64,000 nt of DNA. Origin: an uncultured Clostridia bacterium (lineage in GTDB: Bacteria; Bacillota; Clostridia; Oscillospirales; CAG-272). The position numbers were made by a program, and so were the translations under genes. Below the pieces are notes generated by a model. That model worked only from the letters and a program-made list of their open reading frames with translations, made no database searches and was not told where the DNA came from. The DNA is taken from the NCBI GenBank assembly GCA_945929845.1, contig CAMEON010000002.1, positions 443-64,442 on the forward strand. Direction: 5' to 3'. Shown one piece after another: positions 43,577-50,878 of the stretch (position 1 is its first letter; each line of letters begins with the position of its first letter).

Positions 43577-43602
43577 GGGGGTCAGACCTGACCCCCCTTT
43601 TC
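43577..43602 (+). terminator. Terminator for the lipid kinase gene, overlapping the 3' end of the convergent GT4 gene
   Basis: GGGGGTCAG-ac-CTGACCCCC then CTTTTC. Confidence 0.55.
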
Positions 43603-44760
43603 AGGTTCAAAGTAGAAGGCTTCCAGCTCCCGGTACACCGCCTTATCGGTGTAGGCCTGCCCCATGGCAAGGCCCTGCTGTCCCATCCGATTGGCAAGGC
43701 TCGGGTCGCTGAGCACCTCCAGGATCCGATCGGCCAAAGCCGCCTCATCTCCCAGCGGTACCAAAAACCCGTTCTCCCCGTCCCGGATCAGCTCCCGGTG
43801 CCCTCTGTTGCCGGTGGCGACCACCGGGTGCCCGGTGAGCATGGCCTCGATCAGGTTCAGCCCTAGCCCCTCCCGGATGCTGCAGGAAACAGCCAGATCG
43901 GAAGCCTGCTGGTAGTCCTGAAGTCTGGTGGAATAGCCCAGGAACAGGACATGTCCGTCCAGCCCCAGGTCGTGGGACAGTGCCTTGAGCGATGCCTCTT
44001 CCGGGCCGTTTCCGGCCAGTATGAGCAGGCAGTTTGGGCAGGTCGTCAGCACCCGGGGCATGGCACGCAGGAGCATGGCCTGGTTCTTGTTGGGACGCAA
44101 CTCCCCGGTACAAAGGATCACCCGGGCATCCTGCCCCGTGGGAAGGCTCAGGGTTGACCGGAGGCTTTCTTTTTCTGTCAGAGAGACCGGGTGGTAGCGG
44201 TCTGCGCTGACGCCCACCCCATGGATGCGACCCACCGGGCAGGAGAAACGGGTGCGGGCCAGGTCGTAGTCCTCCCGGTTGATGGTCAGGAGCAGATCCG
44301 TGCGGTGGTTGGCGAAGTATTTTTCCAGCGGGTAGTACAGCATCCAGTCCCGCCGGGGGCCGCCCCGGTAGAAGTAGAAGCCGTGGGCGGTGTAGATTAC
44401 CCGGGTACCCGCCCGCCGGGCCTTGCGGGCAGCCATGCGGGTCAGGATCCCGGCCACCGGCGTGTTGCAGTGGATGACAGCGTACTGCCCCTCTTCAATG
44501 ATCCGACAGAGGGCACGGTAGGCGGCCAGGTTTTCCCTGCCCCAGGGCGAGCGGCAGAAGGGGAGGTCAAAAATCCGGTCGGCAAAATCCAGGGTCAACC
44601 CGTTCTTCTCTCCCAGATTGTTCCGCGCCGCCACATGGACCTCATACCCCTGGTCGTGGAGCAGGCGGGCCAGCGGGCGGTGGAACTGGACGATGTGGCT
44701 CTGCACGGTGGCGGTAAGAAGCACCCGATGGCTCTCACCGGGTAAGGTTGAATGGGTCAT
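43582..44760 (-). CDS. GT4-family (GT-B fold) glycosyltransferase
   Basis: C-terminal EGLGLNLIEAMLTGHPVVATGNRGHRELIRDGENGFLV is the EX7E-type GT4 signature. GGAG RBS upstream. Confidence 0.8.
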   Translation of the reverse strand: MTHSTLPGESHRVLLTATVQSHIVQFHRPLARLLHDQGYEVHVAARNNLGEKNGLTLDFADRIFDLPFCRSPWGRENLAAYRALCRIIEEGQYAVIHCNTPVAGILTRMAARKARRAGTRVIYTAHGFYFYRGGPRRDWMLYYPLEKYFANHRTDLLLTINREDYDLARTRFSCPVGRIHGVGVSADRYHPVSLTEKESLRSTLSLPTGQDARVILCTGELRPNKNQAMLLRAMPRVLTTCPNCLLILAGNGPEEASLKALSHDLGLDGHVLFLGYSTRLQDYQQASDLAVSCSIREGLGLNLIEAMLTGHPVVATGNRGHRELIRDGENGFLVPLGDEAALADRILEVLSDPSLANRMGQQGLAMGQAYTDKAVYRELEAFYFEPEKGGQV

Positions 44761-44788
44761 GATCCTGCTCCTTCACAAAAAGCTACAC

Positions 44789-44822
44789 CTGAAAACGGCA
44801 CCTGCCACTTGAACAGGTGCCG
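44789..44822 (-). terminator. Intrinsic terminator after tRNA-Lys
   Basis: The minus strand reads CGGCACCTG-ttcaagtgg-CAGGTGCCG then TTTTCAGG. Confidence 0.65.
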
Positions 44823-44896
44823 ATCATTGTTGCTGTGAATTCAGGCTCCGGCTACGCAATACCTCTTCGGTACGCCGTCGCAGACTGGATTCTATC

Positions 44897-44972
44897 TGGT
44901 GACCCATCGGGGACTCGAACTCCGGACACCATGATTAAAAGTCATGTGCTCTACCTCCTGAGCTAATGGGTC
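44897..44972 (-). tRNA. tRNA-Lys: tRNA-Lys (anticodon TTT), CCA encoded
   Basis: The reverse complement reads GACCCATTAGCTCAGGAGGTAGAGCACATGACTTTTAATCATGGTGTCCGGAGTTCGAGTCCCCGATGGGTCACCA. Anticodon loop CTTTTAA, T-loop GGTTCGAG-type. Confidence 0.9.
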
Positions 44973-44991
44973 ATGCTCATTGCACCTTATT

Positions 44992-45020
44992 ATTATATCA
45001 TGCTTTCCCGGTTTTGTCAA
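44992..45020 (-). promoter_or_regulatory. Consensus promoter TTGACA-17-TATAAT for tRNA-Lys
   Basis: The minus strand reads TTGACAAAACCGGGAAAGCATGATATAAT, about 20 nt upstream of the tRNA 5' end. A-tract-rich upstream region. Confidence 0.75.
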
Positions 45021-45060
45021 GCCGTTTTTTCAGCTTTTTTCATTTTTAGTGCCGGGTAGG

Positions 45061-45309
45061 GTTACAGTTCAGGTAGGGTACGGGAGAACGCCTGGGGGCT
45101 TCTTGGAAGAAGCCCCCAGACCCCCAAGAACTTTCAAAATGTGTATAAGTTCATGTTCGATGCATCGTTTGATAGTATTTTTGTCATCATTGTTCCAGAG
45201 GAGCCAGCGTAACTGTCGCCCAAAATAGCAAAAACGCCTTCGCGGGGACCCCTCGCCCCGCTCTACGGCGGAAAAGGGAGCGTACTGCGGGAGGTAGGTG
45301 AACTGTAAC
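45061..45309 (+). mobile_element. MITE-like element, full-length copy C1 (249 bp)
   Basis: gttacagttcaggtagggtacggg ... gaggtaggtgaactgtaac. Hairpin at 45094-45117. Flanked by CGGGTAGG on both sides. Confidence 0.6.
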
Positions 45310-45318
45310 CGGGTAGGG

Positions 45319-45439
45319 GTTACAGTTCAGCCGGCACCCAAAACAACAGAAACGCCATCGTTAGGCTTTGCTCTTACCCCTCGCCCCGCTCTACGGCGGA
45401 AAAGTGAGCACACTGCGGAAGGAATAGGTGAACTGTAAT
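45319..45439 (+). repeat. MITE-like short derivative C2 (121 bp, internal deletion, both termini kept), head-to-tail with C1
   Basis: gttacagttcagccggc...cccctcgccccgctctacggcggaaaagtgagcacactgcggaaggaataggtgaactgtaat. Confidence 0.65.
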
Positions 45440-45469
45440 GCAGTTCATACTTATAAACCGAGCTTTCAG

Positions 45470-45540
45470 GCAAAAACAAACATCCGGGGGCGGACAGTCT
45501 GAAGTCTCTGCATGAGAGACGACCGACTGTTCACCCCCGG
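45470..45540 (-). terminator. Compound hairpin terminator after pfkA
   Basis: The minus strand has CCGGGGGTGAACAGTC ... GACTGTCCGCCCCCGG with an inner GTCTCT/AGAGAC hairpin, followed by ATGTTTGTTTTTG. Confidence 0.6.
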
Positions 45541-45581
45541 GGGTCATTCAAAGGTTCCTTAAGCCTGCTTGGATGTGACCG

Positions 45582-46694
45582 TCAGATACATATGTCATAG
45601 GACATTTTGTAGAGCTGTTCGATCTTGGCGTGACGATACTCGCAACGAGCCTTCATCTGTGCCACCTGATAGGAAGAGAAGCCGTCCAGATCCCCATCCT
45701 CCAGCTTGTTCTTGTACATCTTATCCAGTGCCAGGGCGAAGTTGATGTCTACGGTGGCGATGCGGTTCTCGTTGACACACATGACCACATTGGAACGACC
45801 CTCCAGCAACATATTCACAGCTTCCACGCCCATTTGGGTGGCGGTCAGCCGGTCACGGAGAGAGGGATCACCGCCCCGTATGATATGTCCGATCTTGTTG
45901 AAGCGGGTATCAATGCCGGTGCGATCCTGGATCTCCCGGGCAAGGCCCTGCCCGTAGGGCTGACCATCTGTGCAAGGAAGCCCCTCCCCGCAGATGGCGA
46001 TCATACCGCGCTTCCCCTGGGCCCGGATGCTGGCGATCTTCTGGATGGCACGCTCCCGGTCAAAGGGAATCTCCGGGATAGCGATGCAGACAGCACCGGT
46101 GGCGATTCCCGCATACAGGGACAGAAGACCGCACCCGTTGCCCATGACCTCGGCAACGATACACCGGGCGTGGGACTCTGCGGTGTCCCGCAGGTCGTCG
46201 ATCATCCGCAGGGCGGTGTTCAAGGCACTGTCAAAGCCGATGGTCAGCTCCGTAGCGGTGATGTCATTGTCAATGGTGCCGGGGATGCCGATGGAAGGGA
46301 TGCCATGGTTGGTCAGATCGGTGGCTCCACGGAAGGTACCGTCACCGCCGATGGCGATGATGGCATCAATCTGATTCTCCTCGCAGACCCGGAGTGCCTT
46401 TTCCATGCCCTCCTTGGTCTTGAACTCCGGACAGCGGCTGGAGTAGAGGATGGTACCACCCCGGGTCACAATGTTGGACACGCTGTGGGTGTCCAGGGGG
46501 CGCAGGTACTTCTGCCGGATGACCTCGGGATCCTTCTCATTCGCCGCCCCGATCAACCCGGCATAACCGCCGAGGATGCCGACGACCTCCATGCCCTGGC
46601 TGATAGCCCGACGGGTGACGGCACGGATGGCCGCATTCATGCCGGGTGCATCGCCACCGGAAGAAAGGATACCGATTTTTCTGAACTTTACCAT
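45582..46694 (-). CDS. pfkA: ATP-dependent 6-phosphofructokinase
   Basis: KIGILSSGGDAPGMNAAIRAV...IGGDGTFRGA...IPGTIDNDI...MGNGCG are PFK family motifs. AGGAGG lies 9 nt upstream. Confidence 0.9.
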   Translation of the reverse strand: MVKFRKIGILSSGGDAPGMNAAIRAVTRRAISQGMEVVGILGGYAGLIGAANEKDPEVIRQKYLRPLDTHSVSNIVTRGGTILYSSRCPEFKTKEGMEKALRVCEENQIDAIIAIGGDGTFRGATDLTNHGIPSIGIPGTIDNDITATELTIGFDSALNTALRMIDDLRDTAESHARCIVAEVMGNGCGLLSLYAGIATGAVCIAIPEIPFDRERAIQKIASIRAQGKRGMIAICGEGLPCTDGQPYGQGLAREIQDRTGIDTRFNKIGHIIRGGDPSLRDRLTATQMGVEAVNMLLEGRSNVVMCVNENRIATVDINFALALDKMYKNKLEDGDLDGFSSYQVAQMKARCEYRHAKIEQLYKMSYDICI

Positions 46695-46756
46695 AAATAT
46701 GAACCTCCTGCCGACAGTGCGGCCTGTAATGAATTTTCGCTTGCTGGTACTGCCCA

Positions 46757-46812
46757 GTCATTGACTGTCATTGACTGTCATTGACTGTCATTGACTGTCA
46801 TTGACTGTCATT
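46757..46812. repeat. 10-bp tandem repeat (GTCATTGACT) x5.6 spanning the cinA stop codon and the region upstream of pfkA
   Basis: Read directly: five perfect units and one partial. Each junction forms TGACnGTCA. Confidence 0.95.
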
Positions 46813-48111
46813 ATCCGGCATGACCTCCCGGATGGCCTCCAGAAAAGCCCGGGAAGCGGCGGCCCGTCGGATATAGTCCCGTGTCTTCCCGGCGGCATAG
46901 GACAGCTTCAGGGTGCGGACACCGTGGTCGGACGCAATGCCCACGAACACGGTGCCCACCGGGTGCTCCGGTGTGCCTCCGCCAGGGCCGGCATAGCCGG
47001 TGGTGGACAGAGCCAGGTCAGTGTGGCAGACTCGACGGACACCCACAGCCATTTCGGCGGCAGTCTCGGCAGACACCTCCGTGTATCGGTCGATGGTGGC
47101 TTGGCTGACGCCCAACTGCTCTACCTTCATCCGGTTGGTGTAGGTGATGCACCCACCGGCAAATACTGCTGACGCACCGGGTACTGAGGTGATGCGCTCG
47201 CCCAGCATCCCGCCGGTGCAGGATTCGGCACAGGCAATCGTCAGCCCCAGCCGGGTCAGGGTCTGTACCAGCGCACTTTCCACATTCTCCACATCTACGC
47301 CGTAAATAAAGGGGCCAACCTCACTGCTCTGCACGGCTTCCACCAACCTGTCGCACAGAGCCGTGGCCTGCGCTTCACTGTCCGCCCGGGCAGTCACCCG
47401 TAGCCTGACCTCCCCCTCCTTGCAGTAGGGAGCCAGCGTCGGATTGGTGGAGGACACCATCAGGTCACAGAGCTTAGCCTCCACATCCGCCTCCCCCATG
47501 CCCATAATATGAATATTCCGGCTGATCAGGACACCGTCCGTGAACTGTGACAGCCAGGGCCTCACCTGCCTGTCAAACAGCGGCTCCAGCTCGGAGGGCG
47601 GGCCGGGTAGCAGGATGGCTGTCCGTTCCCCATCGCTGACGGCCAAGGCCGGGGCCGTGCCGTAGTCGTTGGGGAAGACCACCGCCCCCTGTGGCATCAT
47701 TGCCTGCTTCTCATTGTTACAGGACATACAGCGACCCAGCTTCCCAAAGTAGGACTTGATGCGGGCGAGGGACTCCGCATGGAGCATCATGTCCCGGCCG
47801 AAGAAGGAGGCCACTGTTTCCTTGGTCAGGTCATCATAGGTGGGGCCAAGTCCCCCGGAGAGAATGACCAACTGAGCCGCCGGGCGGCCGTGTCCGGCGT
47901 AGGCTTCCTCCAGTGCCTGGGTCAGGCGGCCGGGATGATCCCCCACCACAGCCTGATGGTATACGCTGATCCCCATCCCCGCCAGGCGGCGGGAGAGGAA
48001 GGCGGCATTGGTGTTGACGATGTCCCCCAGCAACAGCTCCGTGCCGACACAGAGGATCTCCGCTGTGCGGATGGGAGCGGCGGGGGTGGTTTTCGGTTTG
48101 GCGTTTTCCAT
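46798..48111 (-). CDS. cinA: CinA family protein (MoCF-binding domain plus NMN amidohydrolase PncC-like domain)
   Basis: TAEILCVGTELLLGDIVNTNAAFLSRRL... N-terminal domain and C-terminal ESCTGGMLG...GPGGGT motifs. Confidence 0.85.
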   Translation of the reverse strand: MENAKPKTTPAAPIRTAEILCVGTELLLGDIVNTNAAFLSRRLAGMGISVYHQAVVGDHPGRLTQALEEAYAGHGRPAAQLVILSGGLGPTYDDLTKETVASFFGRDMMLHAESLARIKSYFGKLGRCMSCNNEKQAMMPQGAVVFPNDYGTAPALAVSDGERTAILLPGPPSELEPLFDRQVRPWLSQFTDGVLISRNIHIMGMGEADVEAKLCDLMVSSTNPTLAPYCKEGEVRLRVTARADSEAQATALCDRLVEAVQSSEVGPFIYGVDVENVESALVQTLTRLGLTIACAESCTGGMLGERITSVPGASAVFAGGCITYTNRMKVEQLGVSQATIDRYTEVSAETAAEMAVGVRRVCHTDLALSTTGYAGPGGGTPEHPVGTVFVGIASDHGVRTLKLSYAAGKTRDYIRRAAASRAFLEAIREVMPDNDSQ

Positions 48112-48144
48112 AGTACGATCCTGTTTCGTGAAAGTAAGCGATGG

Positions 48145-49041
48145 TCAGCGGGAGGCACCGTCGCCCTTGATGTGTACATCCATCTGGGCGTGGGGAACTT
48201 GGATTCCACCCTCTTCCAAAGCATGGGCGATGCCCTCGGTCAGGTCAAATTTCAGATTCCAGTAGTCACCGTTGGCGCACCAGACACGAACCGTGATCTC
48301 CAGACTGCTGTCGCCCACGGCGGTCATGCGGATGAAGGGAGCCGGTGTTTCCTGCACGCAGTCCTGCCCGGCGATCACCTGCCCGATCAGTTCCTTGACC
48401 TTTTCCGTATCTGCATCCAGCGGCACCCGGAAGCAAAGATCCAGGCGGCGGTTCTTCTCCCGTGAGAAGTTGACGATCACGGAGGAGATCAGGGAGCCGT
48501 TGGGCACCGTCACCTCCCGGTTGTCCGGCGTGACCAGCACGGTGTAGAAGATACCGACATCCTTGACTGTGCCGGACTGATCCATGACCTCAATGAAGTC
48601 CCCCACCTGGAAGGGGCGGAACACGAGCAACATGAGCCCGCCGGCCAGATTGGAAAGTGAACCCTGCAAGGCCAGAGCCAGGGCGGCCCCGCCGGTGGCC
48701 AGCACCGTGATGATGGAGGCGGTCTCCACGCCAAGGATGCCTATAAGGATGATACATAGGATGGCGTAACAACTGACCTTGACAAAGCTGAGCAGGAAGG
48801 AATGGAACATAGGATCCATCCGCTGGGTCAGCTTCCCATTACGCAGGAGGCGCAACAGGCAACGGATCAAGAGGGTACCGATCAGCAGTACCAGCAGGGC
48901 GGCGGCCAACCGCCAGCCGATGCGCACGCATCCGGCTACGAAGGAACTCCAGATACTGGAGAAGGTATTTGATGCTTCAGAAAACATCATACCGGACACG
49001 GGGGATGGGGCGAAGGAACGGAATAGGGGAACAATGGACAT
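48145..49041 (-). CDS. mscS: Small-conductance mechanosensitive channel (MscS family)
   Basis: Three TM segments followed by NLAGGLMLLVFRPFQVGDFIE...GTVKDVGIFYTVLVTPDNREVTVPNG, the MscS pore/beta-domain signature. Confidence 0.85.
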   Translation of the reverse strand: MSIVPLFRSFAPSPVSGMMFSEASNTFSSIWSSFVAGCVRIGWRLAAALLVLLIGTLLIRCLLRLLRNGKLTQRMDPMFHSFLLSFVKVSCYAILCIILIGILGVETASIITVLATGGAALALALQGSLSNLAGGLMLLVFRPFQVGDFIEVMDQSGTVKDVGIFYTVLVTPDNREVTVPNGSLISSVIVNFSREKNRRLDLCFRVPLDADTEKVKELIGQVIAGQDCVQETPAPFIRMTAVGDSSLEITVRVWCANGDYWNLKFDLTEGIAHALEEGGIQVPHAQMDVHIKGDGASR

Positions 49042-49175
49042 TCTGTTTTACCTTTCTTTCTTACAGAGAATTCCTGCATCCCTGCGGGAGGCTCCCCGCA
49101 CGAAAGATGTTACGGAACTCAACGCTACATTATACCACGCCGTGCAGGTTTTGTAAACAAGTTTGGGGAAAAATC

Positions 49176-49204
49176 TTGACATTTTTTCAGCCTGGTTTTA
49201 TAAT
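49176..49204 (+). promoter_or_regulatory. Consensus promoter TTGACA-17-TATAAT for the PflX-like radical SAM gene
   Basis: ttgacattttttcagcctggttttataat read directly. Confidence 0.7.
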
Positions 49205-49240
49205 GAAGCGGTAAATCAAGAGGAAACAGGAGCACCGGCA

Positions 49241-50212
49241 GTGGCATCGGAAAGCATGAGAAAAGAAGAGATCCAAGGGACATCGGCGAGTGTCCGTATG
49301 ACCCCACCGAAAGACAGGCAGGCGGGAAGCGAATGCTGTCAGTGTCCCCGGCGCTGTCATGCCCGGCGGGCACAGGGGCAGGTCGGCTTTTGTGGTATGC
49401 CGGAGACGCTGTATGTGTCCCGCATTGCTCCCCATATGTGGGAGGAACCGCCGATCAGCGGCTCCTGCGGTTCCGGGACAGTGTTCTTCGCCGGTTGCAA
49501 CCTGCGGTGCAGCTTCTGCCAGAACAGGGTCATCAGCCATGAGCGGCGGGGCACAGCCCTCACCGAGGATGACCTGATCCACCGCATCCTGGCTCTGGCT
49601 GACACAGGGGTACACAACATCAATCTGGTCACGCCCACCCACTATACCGATGCCCTGGCTCACCTGCTGGAGAGGGTCAAGCCCCGCCTGCACATCCCGG
49701 TGGTGTGGAACTGCGGCGGCTATGAGTCCCCGGAAGCCCTGGCTCGGCTGGAGGGGTTGGTGGACATTTACCTGCCGGACTTCAAGTATGTGTCACCGGA
49801 GCTGTCCCTGGCTCTGTCCGGGGCATCGGATTACGGAACAGTAGCCACGACAGCGGTGCAGACCATGTACGCCCAGACAGGGCCGGTGCTTTTTGATGAG
49901 GCCGGGATGATGAAGCGGGGCCTGCTGATCCGGCACCTGGTGCTCCCCGGCTACCGGCGGGAGTCCATCGCCGTGCTGGAGCATCTTTCGGCCATCCTGC
50001 CTTTGCCGGAAATCCGGGTCTCCATCATGAGTCAGTATACCCCGGAATTTGCCACGGACTGTCCGCAGAAGAGTCTCCACCGCCGCCTGACAGACTTTGA
50101 GTATCAGTCGGTGCTGGAGGCCGCTGACCGCCTGGGGATCGTCGGCTACCGGCAGGGCCGGGCCTCCGCCACAGGGTGCTACACCCCGGACTTCGGTGAG
50201 GGGAAGCTATAA
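49241..50212 (+). CDS. Radical SAM protein, PflX-like (pyruvate formate-lyase activase-related)
   Basis: CPRRCHARRAQGQVGFCG N-terminal Cys motif and FFAGCNLRCSFCQN radical-SAM cluster. The start is uncertain: GTG at 49241 lies 8 nt after AGGAG, ATG at 49256 is the alternative. The ORF-track TTG at 49163 lies upstream of the promoter. Confidence 0.7.
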   Translation: MASESMRKEEIQGTSASVRMTPPKDRQAGSECCQCPRRCHARRAQGQVGFCGMPETLYVSRIAPHMWEEPPISGSCGSGTVFFAGCNLRCSFCQNRVISHERRGTALTEDDLIHRILALADTGVHNINLVTPTHYTDALAHLLERVKPRLHIPVVWNCGGYESPEALARLEGLVDIYLPDFKYVSPELSLALSGASDYGTVATTAVQTMYAQTGPVLFDEAGMMKRGLLIRHLVLPGYRRESIAVLEHLSAILPLPEIRVSIMSQYTPEFATDCPQKSLHRRLTDFEYQSVLEAADRLGIVGYRQGRASATGCYTPDFGEGKL

Positions 50213-50271
50213 GAGGAGCGACGAAAAAAGGGGGCCGCCCGGAGGCGGCCTTTTCGGATGTGCAGGGACAA

Positions 50272-50730
50272 TCAGCGTACGTCGTTGTCGGTTGAGACGG
50301 GCTTCAAAGTGATGGCACGGACAACATAATAATGGTAATATGTGGTGTCGGCATAGTTGAAGCCGGGAACCGTGTCATAGCTGATTTGCAGTGTCTGTCC
50401 GCTTTTTGTAGTATACTGTTGAATCAGTAAGCCGGAGCCTACATCTTCTCCCTCAAAGCCAATCAAATCCACCACATCTTCAAGGAACATCCCTGTTTCT
50501 ATGGAGTCAACGATGTCATCGGGAATGCGTTCATCGGGAACATGGTGTTCGCAACCGGTCAGAAAGCCGGAAAGCAGGCAAATACACAGGACAAAGGACA
50601 GTAGCATGGTGGTTGGGCGATGAATACTTTTTTCGTTGCGTGATACTTCTTTCTGTCTGTTCAGAGCCCATTTACGATGGGTAATGGCCTTGATAGGAGC
50701 AGTAGACTTTATCTTGTTGTTGGTGTACAT
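50272..50730 (-). CDS. Small membrane-anchored or lipoprotein of unknown function (lower-GC gene)
   Basis: MLLSFVLCICLLSGFLTGC lipobox-like segment preceded by a ~40-aa basic N-terminus. GGAGG lies 8 nt before the ATG at 50730. Visibly more A+T-rich than its neighbours. Confidence 0.45.
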   Translation of the reverse strand: MYTNNKIKSTAPIKAITHRKWALNRQKEVSRNEKSIHRPTTMLLSFVLCICLLSGFLTGCEHHVPDERIPDDIVDSIETGMFLEDVVDLIGFEGEDVGSGLLIQQYTTKSGQTLQISYDTVPGFNYADTTYYHYYVVRAITLKPVSTDNDVR

Positions 50731-50878
50731 GGGACTCACCTCCTGTTATGGTGTTTTTTACAAGTACATGATATCACAAAGTGACGGCTTTTTCAATATA
50801 CGATAGTGATAGTTTACAAAAATGACACAAATTGCACTGTATAAAGAACCCCCCGGACAGGCATCCGGGGGGCTCTCC

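Noticed and set aside
43577-43596. GGGGGTCAG/CTGACCCCC palindrome as a member of the repeat families
   Set aside because: It is a single occurrence, fully explained as the terminator of the lipid kinase gene overlapping the GT4 stop region.
45630-46784. 384-aa plus-strand ORF opposite pfkA; similar cases lie opposite nfnB (58777-60132), the DUF4965 gene (14105-15046, 15149-15973), the LysR gene (16031-17116) and the GGGtGRT/NifU genes (53316-55333)
   Set aside because: Same reasoning: in each case the other strand has a recognisable conserved protein with an RBS, and these frames lack any motif.
46757-46812. Possible CRISPR array (also considered for 28577-28618)
   Set aside because: The units are 10 and 7 bp, directly abutting with no spacers, and there are no cas genes. 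These are simple tandem repeats.
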